Notes: a model not told the origin generated them from the sequence alone. 33,551 bases of DNA from Octopus bimaculoides (GCF_001194135.2 NC_069005.1:2641322-2674872); one strand, 5' to 3'. Positions 10,855 to 23,020 are shown, counted from the first letter of the stretch. Translations and numbers: made by a program.

Positions 10855-11720
10855 ATGCCTTCATTTATCTTGTGTTTCCTGCTGAGTATATAATTTAGGT
10901 ATATGATTAATTATAAGTATACAACAGAAGAGGAGAGCCACTGCAATAAAGAAGACGAGGTCAGTAACCCAATTGTAGAATTACAACACTGAGATTCAAT
11001 TACTCCTGCAATGTAAATTTATCACTTCCATTTCACTATTATAACCCAAGTGTGATAGCAATCGCTTTTGCGGTATATATGATAGCCGGATACGCAAATA
11101 TTGTATTGTCTAACCCAAGGATTATCATCAAATATGTATGCAACATTCCACTACCTCAACAATACATGTCGGCTATTGCAATGCCAGAGCAGTTGTGATA
11201 GAGCTGAATTGAAATTGAGTTCAAATCTGCGGCAGATAGAATGAACTCTGGCTGAAGTATTAAGACTATATACGGTACTAAATGTAATATTCACGTCCGC
11301 TATAAGCAATTGAAGTAGTAATTAATCTTAAATAATATTCTATTAAAAATATTTAATGTAGATACATTAAAACACTTTGAGGCAATCATCGTACTATTTT
11401 TATTCAATATATTGTGTTCATTACAATATGAATTCATTAGAAATGTTATATGGCAAGTGGTATGTAATTATTAACCAGTGTCTATAGTTACTTGCCAAAG
11501 TATTATGACGGTATCAATTCGGATATTAAAGCAATAACACATGAGGTATCAATATCATATATCTATATCAAACATGCTTAAATGATAATTTGTCTAACAG
11601 CAATAATGAATAACGAATCAGATAATGTATCGTATATCGTAAATTTTGCATTAAACTCTCATCAATAAATTTCGTGGTTGCATTTGGTTCGCAAAATTCT
11701 TTACGTGAACTACTCATGTA
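10855..11720 (+). pseudogene. Paralog unit C (3' exon missing)
   Basis: ATG 10855 MPSFILCFLLSI*; NCRITTLRFNYSCN; HYLNNTCRLLQCQSSC; AFGSQNS at ~11680-11700 with the donor mutated; 11570-11710 aligns to 8051-8191 (31 mismatches in 141 nt, hand count). Confidence 0.55.
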
Positions 11721-11888
11721 TTGAAAAACGAAGTTGTAACAATGTATGTATGTATTTATGCATGCATGTATGTAGGTATACAGGACAATACAAATGTGTC
11801 TGTGCACACCTTTCAATGCAATGTATGCCAGAAGGTTTGCAAATCTAACGGAGGCATCAAAATACACTTTAAGATCCACAAATAGCAG

Positions 11889-12050
11889 AACTTATCTGCA
11901 TGTCTTGGTGGTTCACATCGGATATACAACCTATGTGGGTGTCTTTTCAAAATATTGTCTGGTTTAAAAAGCCACATCAGGCGCCAAAATGGTTCCAAGC
12001 TGTAGGTACAGGAGGTGGTCAAACTTTGCATAAGGAGTCGACAACCACCA
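11889..12050 (-). mobile_element. Mariner transposase C-terminal fragment
   Basis: TTSCTYSLEPFWRLMWLFKPDNILKR resembles PPYSPDLAP.DFWLF.KLK..LKG; highly degenerate. Confidence 0.5.
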
Positions 12051-12091
12051 TACATATGTATGTATGTATGGCATCAGAAAGAAAACAAAAA

Positions 12092-12400
12092 TTCCTGAGT
12101 ATCGTGCTTGTATACTGACATCGCTCCTTTACTCATGTGAGACATGCACCCTTTACAAACGTCATGTAAGGGATATATTGCAGAAAGCCTCAAAACTGAA
12201 AGGTTCGACTTGAGAAAGGTTCTCGTATGGAGGTTTAGTGCTAACAAGTGCAGAAGTATATCAGTAAAAGAGGAAATGCGTCTAGCGGAGTTGGTGGTAT
12301 TGCTAACTTAGAATTTCTGTGTCTTTGCTGGTCATCAGTAAGAAATATCCACAATGAAGTGCATGCTTCAACAAATTTACTGATAAAGGAAAGCAACTTT
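12092..12400 (+). mobile_element. RTE-clade LINE 3' fragment
   Basis: EYRACILTSLLYSCETCTLYKRHVR matches the RTE post-RT motif VY.A.VL..LLY.CE.WT.Y. Confidence 0.8.
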
Positions 12401-12727
12401 TTGAAAGCGTGATGTAAATGAAAAGCCGGCGTTTCATTGTTTCATGTAAATCATTAAATGCGTAAACACACGAGAAAACTATGTGACAGGACTTCGAACA
12501 ATTCTCTTAATTATTCTAGTGACAGAAACCATCTGTTGCAGGACACGTCTGTAGGTTGAACAAGGCTAAACTGACGACCATTTAATTATCGTCGTTCAGC
12601 TTAGTACGGATATTCACGATGAAAGTATCAACGTATGTTTTACTTCTTCTTTTCGGTATGTAACATGTGGTATAAATTTCTATATTTTCGTGAACATTGC
12701 ACACTAATGTAATGGTTCTCTGATTGT

Positions 12728-13050
<323 letters not shown>

Positions 13051-13125
13051 CACAGTGCACTACCAAATCAACTTATGACACCTAATGGTGGTTTTTATCT
13101 CACAGTGAACTCAGCGTTATGGTGT

Positions 13126-13325
13126 ATTCTTTTCTACTCTAGGCACAAGGCCCGAAATGTTTGGGGAGGAGGCCAGTCGATTAAATCGACACCAATGCGC
13201 AACTGCTAATTTATTTATCGAACCAGAAAGGATGAAAGGCAAAGTCGACCTCTCCGGAATTTGAACTCAGGACGTAAAGATAGACGAAATACCGCTAAGC
13301 ATTTTGTTGTGCGTGCTAACGTCTC
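13126..13325 (-). mobile_element. SINE family 1 copy
   Basis: aggcacaaggcccgaaa...gaaaggatgaaaggcaaagtcgacctc...gaatttgaactcag is the revcomp of the family consensus. Confidence 0.9.
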
Positions 13326-13769
13326 TTATTTCTTTACTGCCAGCAAGGGCATACGTCCGCCATTAAAGAAGCGATGGTGATGAAATATAAACAAGCTTAA
13401 TGCCTATGAATTTTAGTTGTTTGTTGAGCTGTTGGAGAGAAACCTAATTGCGTGATAGAATCATTACCAAAGAAATACACAACTGTTACACTGTATAGGA
13501 GAACATATTATTACAAATCATTTCATATGTTCTTTCCAAATATGCTGAAGTGTGTCACTAAATACTGTAAACGATATATGTTGTTCGGGACACATTGACT
13601 ATAAATTCTATGATATTTTTTAAAAATCCGTCCAGCATTATCTTATATGCCAATATATTCCAAAGTTTGAAAGTTTCACGTACATTATTTAACGAAACAT
13701 ACGGTGGATAACTGGCACACTCGTTAGCATCATTTTTTGGTTCAAATTTCAAATACAAACGAGGTCACT

Positions 13770-14100
13770 TTAATTTTTCATCCTTTCGTTGTCTATAAAA
13801 TAGGTACCATTTGATTACTGCGGTCGATGAAACCTACTCAACCGCTCGACACAAAATTTCAAGTTGCGTGACTTTAGGAGAGAGAAACATTGTACAACGG
13901 TGAGTAAGACGTATCCTGGACGAAATACTACAAAGCATTTCGTCCGTCTTTACGTTCCGAGTTCAAGGTCCACCGAGGTCGAATTTGCTTTTTATCCTTA
14001 CAGCAACCTTAAATTAAGTACCAGTTGAACACTTGGGGACGATGTTATCGATTAACCCACTACTTTGACATTTCAGGTTTTGACCCTATAATAGAAAGGT
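13770..14100 (+). mobile_element. Two partial SINE family 1 copies in tandem (13770-13870, 13915-14100)
   Basis: Repeated gaggtc...tttcatcctt...gtacc...gtcgat blocks. Confidence 0.75.
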
Positions 14101-14818
14101 TTTTTAAGTGAAACACAACACATTGCCCTGCTTAAAATCCGCACCGGTTTCCTTGAATATTTATTGAAAACCTTATCAAAGTATTCCCTGTGGACACGTA
14201 CGATGTTTTTGGCGTTCTATAACGGAGATGATATAATTCTAAAACTTTGTCAATTAGTGAGGATTAAACTATATTTGTAAAGGTTTATAGATGAAATCCC
14301 AGCATCAGACACGTTACACTGTGCAACTCGATTGCTAAACTTGCGTAGAAATTATTATTTCCTATTTGGTTATTCGTAGAAAATACGAAAATTGGTTAAT
14401 ATTTCCTTCAAACTTTACTTTTATTATATTTATTCAAATCCCCAAGAATTACTCTAAACAAATGACTATGATGGTTGCCCACTACTCTTGCTTATGATCA
14501 GAGTTGCATATATTGTCAGTCACTAATGGACATGGTCAAGCTGTTAAGGTCAAGCTACTAACAAGCAGATCTATGGTATTGAGCAGAATATTTGCTATAA
14601 CGATATTTCTGCTTAAACAAGACAGCGCCGAATCTGCTCGAAAGGAAATGGAAAATAGGTCAGTTTCAAAATATTGATGACCATGTCACAAAAGCAAGTT
14701 TAAAGGGAATAGTAGTCCTTTGATATCTACATAGAAGCGAATACGAAATAACACTGACCAAAAGCAAAAAGAAAATGAAAATAAAAGTCTTCTAACACAG
14801 TGTTATTATTTCGACAGC

Positions 14819-15085
14819 ATGAAAACAATAATGTTGCTTTCCTCAGTTTGGTTTCAGACACAGAAGATATTTACATGATTTGTGGTATATTTTGTAGCAA
14901 TTATTCAATCCATTACGAAAAACCACTTGAGATACTTGACAGAAAAATTTTATTTTCCAGGAGTGGCTGCCTCATTCGATTGCAGTTTTATTGCAAAATC
15001 CAATTGTCCCGTCTCTTTTAAAGAGTTTTCAGAAAGCGAATATCTCTGCAAGTATATAATCTTACTGCTGCTCATTATAATATAA
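14819..15085 (+). pseudogene. Paralog unit H (5' part only)
   Basis: ATG 14819 MKTIMLLSSVWFQ...; donor gtg|gtatat at 14885; 76-bp intron; acceptor ttttattttccag at 14960; GVAASFDCSFIAKSNCPV...YLCK. In-frame stop in exon 1. Confidence 0.45.
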
Positions 15086-15304
15086 TTCATATCTCTATAA
15101 ACGATGCCATATTTATAGTTACACGCACATTCAGTTACACAGTGGTACAGATATGTTATATTATATTATGATATGTGTCTGTGTATATATATAGATATAG
15201 TGAGAATTTACAAAAAAGAAATGACAAAAAACAAAAGACGAAGACGTGTGTGTAAACAACAACCAAATGTATTGTTTTAACGATCGGGAAGTGAGAAAGT
15301 ATTT

Positions 15305-15332
15305 TATGTTTCGAGCTTACGCTCTTCGACAG
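15305..15332 (-). ncRNA. Degenerate hammerhead-like motif related to 3855-3882
   Basis: Minus strand CTGTCGA-a-GAGC(gtaa)GCTC-GAAACATA; core A6 and stem III are mutated. Confidence 0.3.
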
Positions 15333-16371
15333 AAAGGAAAACAGAAATAAACAGGGAGAGATAGAAAACAGAGAGATCCAATGGATACATATTAATTTAT
15401 AAATTAATCAACATTTGTTTCATTTGAGTCACTGGATTGAATATAATGATACCAATCGTTTCATTTCTCAAAATAAAATGAAAATTACAAAACATATATA
15501 AAAATATAATTTTACATTTGAAATCCCTTAATAAAGAAAATCGTCTAGGATTACATTGGGATGCTTTCGGAATATACAGAACTTATAAACTTGTTTACTC
15601 TGCGCATAGGAAACAGGATTCTGTATGTATCTAAAAAGGTATTTCAAACGCAAAATTATATTTTGTATACGCGTGTGTGTGAGTGTGTGTGTGCGTACTC
15701 ATATGTATGTCAACGTTAACATACATAATTGTTGCATGTATGTGTGTGTGTGTGTTTATGTGTGCAAGTATATATGCATGTGTGTGGACTACTTCAGCAA
15801 GGTCGAGAGAGGAATCCTGACGATTGGGTTACCCAGGATTTTCTTACATCTAGCCCAGGCCTGTGGAAAACTTATGCACAACTCTATTGTCTCCCGCGGA
15901 ATGTGTATGCATGTACTTGGGCGCACATACACACACACATGTGCAAACATAAGCATAAGCATTCGGAAGATATGAAATAAATCATTTTGACGCTGGAACC
16001 TGAAGTGAAAATATATGTATGAATAACTACGCAGAACCAAAAAATCGCTGGATCGAAAATTTTCCAATATATTATTAGACGCTTTGAGTGACACCATTAA
16101 AGCAACCTCGTAAATGTTTATATTTTTAAGTGGTACATTAGCATCTGCTCTATGCAGTACGGTATTAGCTGTATAACAAATTTAAAGCTGATTGAGAAGA
16201 TAATTACAATATAACACGGTGTTAATATTATGCATTTTGAATACTAAAAATGTCTGTAAATTACTCGATCCCTACTCATTCTAAGAAAATGAAATTGAAA
16301 TGAAAAGAAAATGATTCTTGGAATTTAGACGATTATTTGTAAATGATAAGATATTTTGTGTTTTATTCCAG

Positions 16372-16459
16372 TTACTACAGCAAATTTGCGGCTTGTATTA
16401 GTGTAGCGAATAAACGATGTTCTGAACATTATAACAAGGAGTTTAGTAAGAAATGCCAG
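16372..16459 (+). CDS. Candidate 88-nt Cys-containing exon (YYSKFAACISVANKRCSEHYNKEFSKKCQ)
   Basis: Acceptor ttttgtgttttattccag, donor ccag|gtaaat; only one frame is open; lies within the 86-aa ORF 16343-16603. Confidence 0.3.
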
Positions 16460-16603
16460 GTAAATTATTTCTATTCGTTTAATTCTCTGTGGCAGAAAAA
16501 TCCGTCTATGGCACTGCATTTTAAAGCGATAAAAATTAAAGACAAATGCGTAAATATAAATATGTACCTATATATTAAAATACACACATATATGCATACA
16601 TAA

Positions 16604-16635
<32 letters not shown>

Positions 16636-16636
<1 letters not shown>

Positions 16637-17423
16637 NNNNNNNNNNNNNNNNNNNNNNNNNNNNNNNNNNNNNNNNNNNNNNNNNNNNNNNNNNNNNNNN
16701 NNNNNNNNNNNNNNNNNNNNNNNNNNNNNNNNNNNNNNNNNNNNNNNNNNNNNNNNNNNNNNNNNNNNNNNNNNNNNNNNNNNNNNNNNNNNNNNNNNNN
16801 NNNNNNNNNNNNNNNNNNNNNNNNNNNNNNNNNNNNNNNNNNNNNNNNNNNNNNNNNNNNNNNNNNNNNNNNNNNNNNNNNNNNNNNNNNNNNNNNNNNN
16901 NNNNNNNNNNNNNNNNNNNNNNNNNNNNNNNNNNNNNNNNNNNNNNNNNNNNNNNNNNNNNNNNNNNNNNNNNNNNNNNNNNNNNNNNNNNNNNNNNNNN
17001 NNNNNNNNNNNNNNNNNNNNNNNNNNNNNNNNNNNNNNNNNNNNNNNNNNNNNNNNNNNNNNNNNNNNNNNNNNNNNNNNNNNNNNNNNNNNNNNNNNNN
17101 NNNNNNNNNNNNNNNNNNNNNNNNNNNNNNNNNNNNNNNNNNNNNNNNNNNNNNNNNNNNNNNNNNNNNNNNNNNNNNNNNNNNNNNNNNNNNNNNNNNN
17201 NNNNNNNNNNNNNNNNNNNNNNNNNNNNNNNNNNNNNNNNNNNNNNNNNNNNNNNNNNNNNNNNNNNNNNNNNNNNNNNNNNNNNNNNNNNNNNNNNNNN
17301 NNNNNNNNNNNNNNNNNNNNNNNNNNNNNNNNNNNNNNNNNNNNNNNNNNNNNNNNNNNNNNNNNNNNNNNNNNNNNNNNNNNNNNNNNNNNNNNNNNNN
17401 NNNNNNNNNNNNNNNNNNNNNNN
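16636..17423. other. Assembly gap (N). Other gaps: 2463-2678, 4486-4653, 5828-5946, 8880-8988, 23112-23121, 27651-28425, 30503-31028
   Basis: N runs, most flanked by microsatellites. Confidence 0.99.
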
Positions 17424-17487
17424 NTATATATATATATATCTAACTGTCTATCTATATATATATCTATATATATATATATATATATAT

Positions 17488-17541
17488 GAAGCACGATTTT
17501 TTTCGCGACCAGAGTTATTCGATAATCGAGGTACTACTGTA
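17488..17541. mobile_element. Terminus of a pogo/Tigger-like DNA transposon next to the N gap
   Basis: ttcgataatcgaggtactactgta; revcomp tacagtagtacctcgattatcgaa resembles Tigger-type TIRs. Confidence 0.55.
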
Positions 17542-17629
17542 TATTATTCCTGAGCTGGAGGATTTACGAACGTTTTAAATGTAGTGGAACTCACCAATAT
17601 TTCTCCTTTACTGTTTAGTGGGCCGCAAA

Positions 17630-18533
17630 TATATACTATATATGTGGAAATCTGTGGGTGTGTCTGTTTATGGCGTTTTTATCTCACTCCTCTTACATCG
17701 TTTTATCGATATTCATGAAACTTGACACGTGAGTAGAACTCATTTCTGGGAGACTAGTGACATACTTAGATCGTTGAAATAATCCCTGGAAGGGATTTTG
17801 TATCTACTACATATAAGTAATATAATATTCTTAAACATCCAAGGGAAATAACCCATTCGCTCCTGAAATGGATCCTTATATATAGCCAAGGGAAATAACT
17901 CATTCATGTTAGTTATTTCGTATAAATCAATTTGAGTATGCTTATTTCTTAGTATTTGAACGATTGGTGTTATTTTCGCAATTTCTCCACTACAACGATT
18001 AAACGACTAAATAGTATTTTTCTAAACAATAGATCTACTTATTTCGGATAGTGACTTGTTTACGAATATACCAACACTAGCGCCGCTGAGTGTAACATTC
18101 TCTGCGAACGCACAAAAATTTTTTCAGAGTAATTTACATTGAATTGTTATTATTACATTTCTGATTAGCCCGTTGTTACGTAACATGCTTCACGATTTTA
18201 GTATACATACCTTATTAGTATTTCTTCCTAAGCTCTATATACTCTGGGTACGTATTAAAGCCCTTTTCGGGGCTACTTTATTGGAATTCTTACTATCGGG
18301 TAGTTAACTTCATGTTATTACATAACTGACTTCCCAGTTTGGATACTCATAGTTTACTGGGAAACCTACAAACAAGATCCTGTGTAAGACAGTTCGGTAT
18401 CCTGAATAAATGCACAAAAACCGTTTTAAGGGCTACATACTTTGTATTGTTATTGGATTAGTGAAACAATTATGAGAACGGAACCAAGGGATAAGCTCCG
18501 CTTTTCAGGGAATTACCGGGTACGTCTACTAGT
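17630..18533 (+). mobile_element. Probable non-autonomous Helitron-like element
   Basis: 5' tatatactatatatgtggaaatctgtgggtgtgtctgt; gatattcatgaaacttgacac motif; two ccaagggaaataac internal repeats; 3' end accgggtacgtctaCTAGT. Confidence 0.45.
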
Positions 18534-18572
18534 ACACACACACACACACACACACACTCACACACACACATA

Positions 18573-18657
<85 letters not shown>
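18534..18657. repeat. (CA)n microsatellite
   Basis: Direct reading. Confidence 0.97.
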
Positions 18658-18660
<3 letters not shown>

Positions 18661-18700
18661 CTCGTAATACATGCGATATTTTCTCGCAAATCTTTACACC

Positions 18701-19992
18701 ATGTGTTTTATGACAACATTCAAATTCTGCCTGCTACAGTATGCATGGCATGAGAATATTTAGAAAAATATTGTAGGTATATAATTTCGACTGGATTTTA
18801 GATATCACATTTCACTCCTCAAATTTTGTTTTTGCTTTGATTTCAGGGTATGAGTCACAGTAAGCAGGACAGGGTACGTAATACTACTCTAATACCACAT
18901 TGTCGATACTATTACTACAGTAGTGGCATTGATATTCAAATGCAAGAATCGATATTGTAATATCACTAATAACAATAATATATCTTTATATTGTTGTGTT
19001 TGCTCGCTTGCTTAAATGTAATACACCTTCAATGAAGTTGAGTACACATTTTCTGAGGGACAAGTAATAATAAAAACAACAACAGCAATAAATGTAATAA
19101 AAATAACGATGATGATGATTTGAGATTAAGCCAGAATACCCGGTATTTTAAAGGGGAGAAGATTTTTTCGACATTAAGCCCTCTACCTATCTGGCATTTT
19201 ATTTTATTGCAATTGGATTGATGCAAAGGTGAAGAGGGCCAATTTAGACGAAAGTGTATTAGTCGATATCATCAACCGTAATTTCGTAATATTAGTTTAA
19301 TATCATTCCTGGTGTGTTTGAATATTGTATTCATATTATGATTCTAATGTAAATATAATTAATAACGGCAATATGAAATGCTATATAAATGCAACACACT
19401 TTTATAAACATTGTTAACTGCATTGTCAAAGAAACATGATTAATAGTTACTAATAGAATAGTGTAGATCATCTAATTGACTTCAAACTACTGACTGTTAT
19501 TAATGTTCATTGAGTTCAAATTCCACCAGGGTCGACTTTGCCTTTCATCCTTTTGGGGTCGTTAAAATAAGTACCAGTTGGACACTGGGATCGACGTAAT
19601 CGATTCATCCCATCCTCAGCCAAATTGCTGCCCTTGTGTCAACATTTGAAACCATTATTGATGGGCATATAAAGGCGGTGACCTGACAGAATAATTAGCA
19701 CGTTGGACGAATTGCTTAATTGTATTTCGCTCGTCGCTACGTTCTGAGTTTGAGTTCGGCCGAGGTCCACTTTGCCTTTCATCCTTTCGGGGTCGATGAA
19801 TTAAGTACCAGTGAAACACGGGGGTCGATGTAATCGACTAGTCCCCTTTTCTCCAAAATGTTAGGCCTTGTGGCTTTAAGAAAAAAACGATTCTTGATGA
19901 TCATATCAACATATTTTCTATTTTATTCACAGGTCGAGTGCCTTTCCGTGTTATTCACAACTATTACGGCTCTAATATTTTTACATTTATAA
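18701..19992 (+). pseudogene. Paralog unit D, with SINE pair and internal deletion
   Basis: ATG 18701 MCFMTTFKFCLLQ...; donor gtag|gtatat at 18777; 70-bp intron; acceptor ttgatttcag at 18846; 19370-19440 similar to 7930-8000; acceptor ttattcacag at 19932; tail VECLSVLFTTITALIFLHL* with overlapping AATAAA. Confidence 0.5.
19510..19895 (+). mobile_element. Tandem pair of SINE family 1 copies (partial 19510-19660, near full 19671-19895)
   Basis: Two successive gtc(g/c)actttgcctttcatccttt...gtaccagt blocks. Confidence 0.9.
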
Positions 19993-20104
19993 ATAAACAC
20001 GTATCTTGCAACAAGTGTTTGTTAGTTTATAGTTATTACGGGACCACAATTTCCGTACACCGAAGTCCCGATCAAGAAGATGTGTAACATGCTTAATGAC
20101 TTAC

Positions 20105-20195
20105 GTGAGTTCAGTATATATGTCTCCGTGCACAGCGACCCCTCTACATTGACATTTATAACCCCGATAAAAATCAATATCTCGGCCACCAGCAT
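20105..20195 (-). CDS. Candidate signal-peptide first exon (MLVAEILIFIGVINVNVEGSLCTETYILNS) with phase-1 donor
   Basis: ATG at 20195-20193, hydrophobic core, tcac|gtaagt donor at 20104; no partner exon identified. Confidence 0.3.
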
Positions 20196-20404
20196 TTGAG
20201 AAAACCCATCCAATATTTCAAGTGTTAATTCTTAACCGCTTAATACCTTTTTAATCCAATACAGAGAAATCCGACTTTTGGTGACTTCTAATTTTCCCTG
20301 ATGACTTGTAGATACGTGGTATTTCGTTATGCAACCATAACATTCTATAAAGTATATTAAATGTTTTTATAGGTCAACACCATGTTCTACTGCGTTAGCA
20401 ATGC

Positions 20405-20884
20405 CTTTTACATTATTTTCTGAATGTTATTTCTATAGATCTTCCATAGAAACCATAGCCAGCACTGATATTTGCTACAATATGTCAGATGTCAGATGTA
20501 AACAAATAATGTTTACATCAGACGTTTCGATTCGAAAAATTTGTAGCAAAATACGGGGATGGCTATGGTTTCTATAGAATATCTTTTGAAATAACCTTAA
20601 AGATATAATCTAATCTTCTCATTTCTTTGGGAAATATCTACCGTGCGATAACCTCTGGAATACGAAATAGTACTGCATGTCTATCACGTTTTTTCATACA
20701 AAGACGTTTCGATTCGAAAAGTTTGTACCAAAATACGGGGATGGCTATGGTTTTTATAGAATATCTTTTGAAATAACCTTAAAGAAATAATCTAATCTTC
20801 TCATCTCTTTGGGAAATATCTACCGTGCATTAACCTCTGGAATACGAAATAGTACCGCATGTATATCACATTTTCTCATACAAG
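20405..20884. repeat. Imperfect fold-back plus 182-bp tandem duplication
   Basis: gatgtaaaca-aataa-tgtttacatc hairpin at 20495-20519; outer arms tagaaaccatagcca/tggctatggtttcta; gacgtttcgattcgaaaa recurs at 20521 and 20703. Confidence 0.9.
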
Positions 20885-21594
20885 CGTTCGCATTTATTCG
20901 TCATGGGCTGACATATTTTATTGGAGAGAATACTACTAAGCTATTTCTTAAGGAAAAGTGAATTTGAGAATGTGGGATTAATGTTGTTATACTATATAAT
21001 GTAACCTTAGAATTTGTTGTGTACAATGTATCTCCTGATGACCAGTAACTTAGACAAATAGAGAAAATATTTCGAACTGAGATAAGTAGGCTGTCATTTA
21101 AAGAGAATTATCTGCCAGACTGTAATCAATACAGGTGTTTATTTGATTGCCTAGAATTCAGGATGGCTGTACTCTGCATGGCTACAGTCTTATAACAGAA
21201 TGCATTAAATAAGGAATACACATATAACAGTTATAAATCTGTCTACGTGAAAACCTATGTTAGATATTTTTGTTATACAGACACAGTGGAATTAATTTTT
21301 TTCTTTTGTAAAATCGATTACCAATCACACCCTAATTTAACACTTTGACTGTGTAATTAAATTTCATGGGTATTCACGTCATGATGTTAATTATCCAATC
21401 CCCACCCCTGCCAAAAAAAAAAGAAGGAAAATAAAGCAAAACAAATAATAACAACGAGAAAAGATAAATACGATTGGTATTTTTTTTATTTGTGCAATAC
21501 ATTTTCGGTATCTCTTGTAGGAATGGTTTTCATAGCCATCGCAAAAAAAGTATTTGATACTTGCGTATAAACAGGAATTTTATCGTTTTTATTT

Positions 21595-21780
21595 AATTTG
21601 TTTCAGTGATTACAATGCGGCCATACTGGGGCATCGCCTTGCAGAATTTTTAGTCGAATGAATAGACACCTGTACATTAAATAAAAAAAACGGCATTTTT
21701 TAAAGCCTGGTACTTATTCTATCAATTTTTTGCCAAACCGATATATTACGGGGACGTAAACACACCAACAGTTGATAAAA
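21595..21780 (-). mobile_element. SINE of a further family (ggtacttattctatc...ttacggggacgtaaacacacc)
   Basis: Opposite-strand partial copy at 22280-22355 (tttacgtcccagtaaccctagcggttcggcaa). Confidence 0.7.
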
Positions 21781-21874
21781 ACAGACAGTAAGACAGAGTC
21801 AAATAGATATATGCATATATATATATATATATATATACATACATACACATACACATATGTATATGTATGTGTAT

Positions 21875-21906
<32 letters not shown>

Positions 21907-22099
21907 ACACACATATATTTCATGCTCTCTGTTTCTTTTCTCTTATTCCTTTCTGTTGAAGTGCGTCGGCTCCAAACATAAAAGCACTAAACTAATATAC
22001 TTGCTTGTTGTTCATAAACCTGTCTTCGTCTTTTGTTTTTCTATAAATTTCAACCATATATATATATATATATGCATCGGTTTCTTTATATTTCTGTTC

Positions 22100-22355
22100 A
22101 CTAAAAACACCCAGAAGGCTTTGGTTGACCCGTGGCTACAGTAGAAGACACTCTCCCAAGGTGCAACGCAGCGGGATTGAAGTGTGTGTGTGTGTGTGTG
22201 CGTGTGTATGTGCGCGTGCGTGTGTACGTGTGTGAGTTCGTATATATCTCTGTGTACCTGTTTTTGTGTGTGTTCATCCACCTTCACATCACTACTTGAT
22301 AACCGATGCTGATGTATTTACGTCCCAGTAACCCTAGCGGTTCGGCAACAGAGAT
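22100..22355 (+). mobile_element. SINE fragments flanking a (GT)n tract
   Basis: gacccgtggctacagtagaagacactctcccaaggtgcaacgcagcgggattgaa and tacgtcccagtaaccctagcggttcggc. Confidence 0.65.
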
Positions 22356-22818
22356 CTTTATATTTGAATGTAATAAACCTGCGTTGAATCCTTCAGGCAA
22401 GAACTATTCAAATTCTTTTCTATGAAAATTTTAAAAAGAACACAAGTCATAAAGTGTTTTCGGTTTCTCTTTCGACAAATATTCATTAAACAACATCAAA
22501 TTGTAATTTAAATTGATGTCAGGCTATTCAGAATGTTACATAAATAATTGAAAATGTCAAAATACAGCTCTCTTTTGCATGCCATTTATCAAATTTATAT
22601 AAATCATTAGTATGGAGAGACACCTGCTATTTCTCATTATCATAAAGCAGTTTTTGAAAAATCTCTTCATCAACAAATGTGACCGTTACATTGTTTGTTG
22701 TTCAGTGTAATAAGGAGAAGGCAAATGAAGTCTATTGTATTTCTTTCATTAATTGTGTTTCCGTTGTTGTGTTATTGTATCCGATATCTAAATTCTTAAG
22801 GATGTCAGTACATTTTGA

Positions 22819-23020
22819 AGGCGGTGAAGATTGTAGGGGCAAACTGTATAGTGGTATTTCGTCCATCGTTTCGTTGTTAGGTGAAACTACTCCGAAGGCG
22901 ATTTTGCCTCTCATCCTTTCGGGAATCGGGAAAATAAATAGCATTTGGGCACTGGGGTTCACATGAACCATTTACACTCGCCGGAACATGATGACCTCAT
23001 CCCTAAAATTTGAAACTATT
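22819..23020 (+). mobile_element. Old SINE family 1 copy
   Basis: aggcggtgaag...ggtatttcgtcc...gaaggcgattttgcctctcatcctttcggg...aaaatttgaaactatt. Confidence 0.75.

Noticed and set aside
11568-11879. 103-aa minus ORF, suggesting the units are coded on the minus strand
   Set aside because: The same frame has stops in unit A, another minus frame has a TAG conserved in four copies, and splice sites and tails are on the + strand. Not fully excluded.
15005-15049. C-x13-C resembling the Cys-loop of nAChR-like chemotactile receptors
   Set aside because: It lacks FPFD, sits right after the putative signal peptide instead of mid-ectodomain, has no TM1-3 downstream, and paralogs have C-x10-C here
22732-22971. 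Minus ORF with LRR-like LKNLDIGYNN
   Set aside because: About two thirds is antisense SINE; only one LRR-like turn, followed by stops
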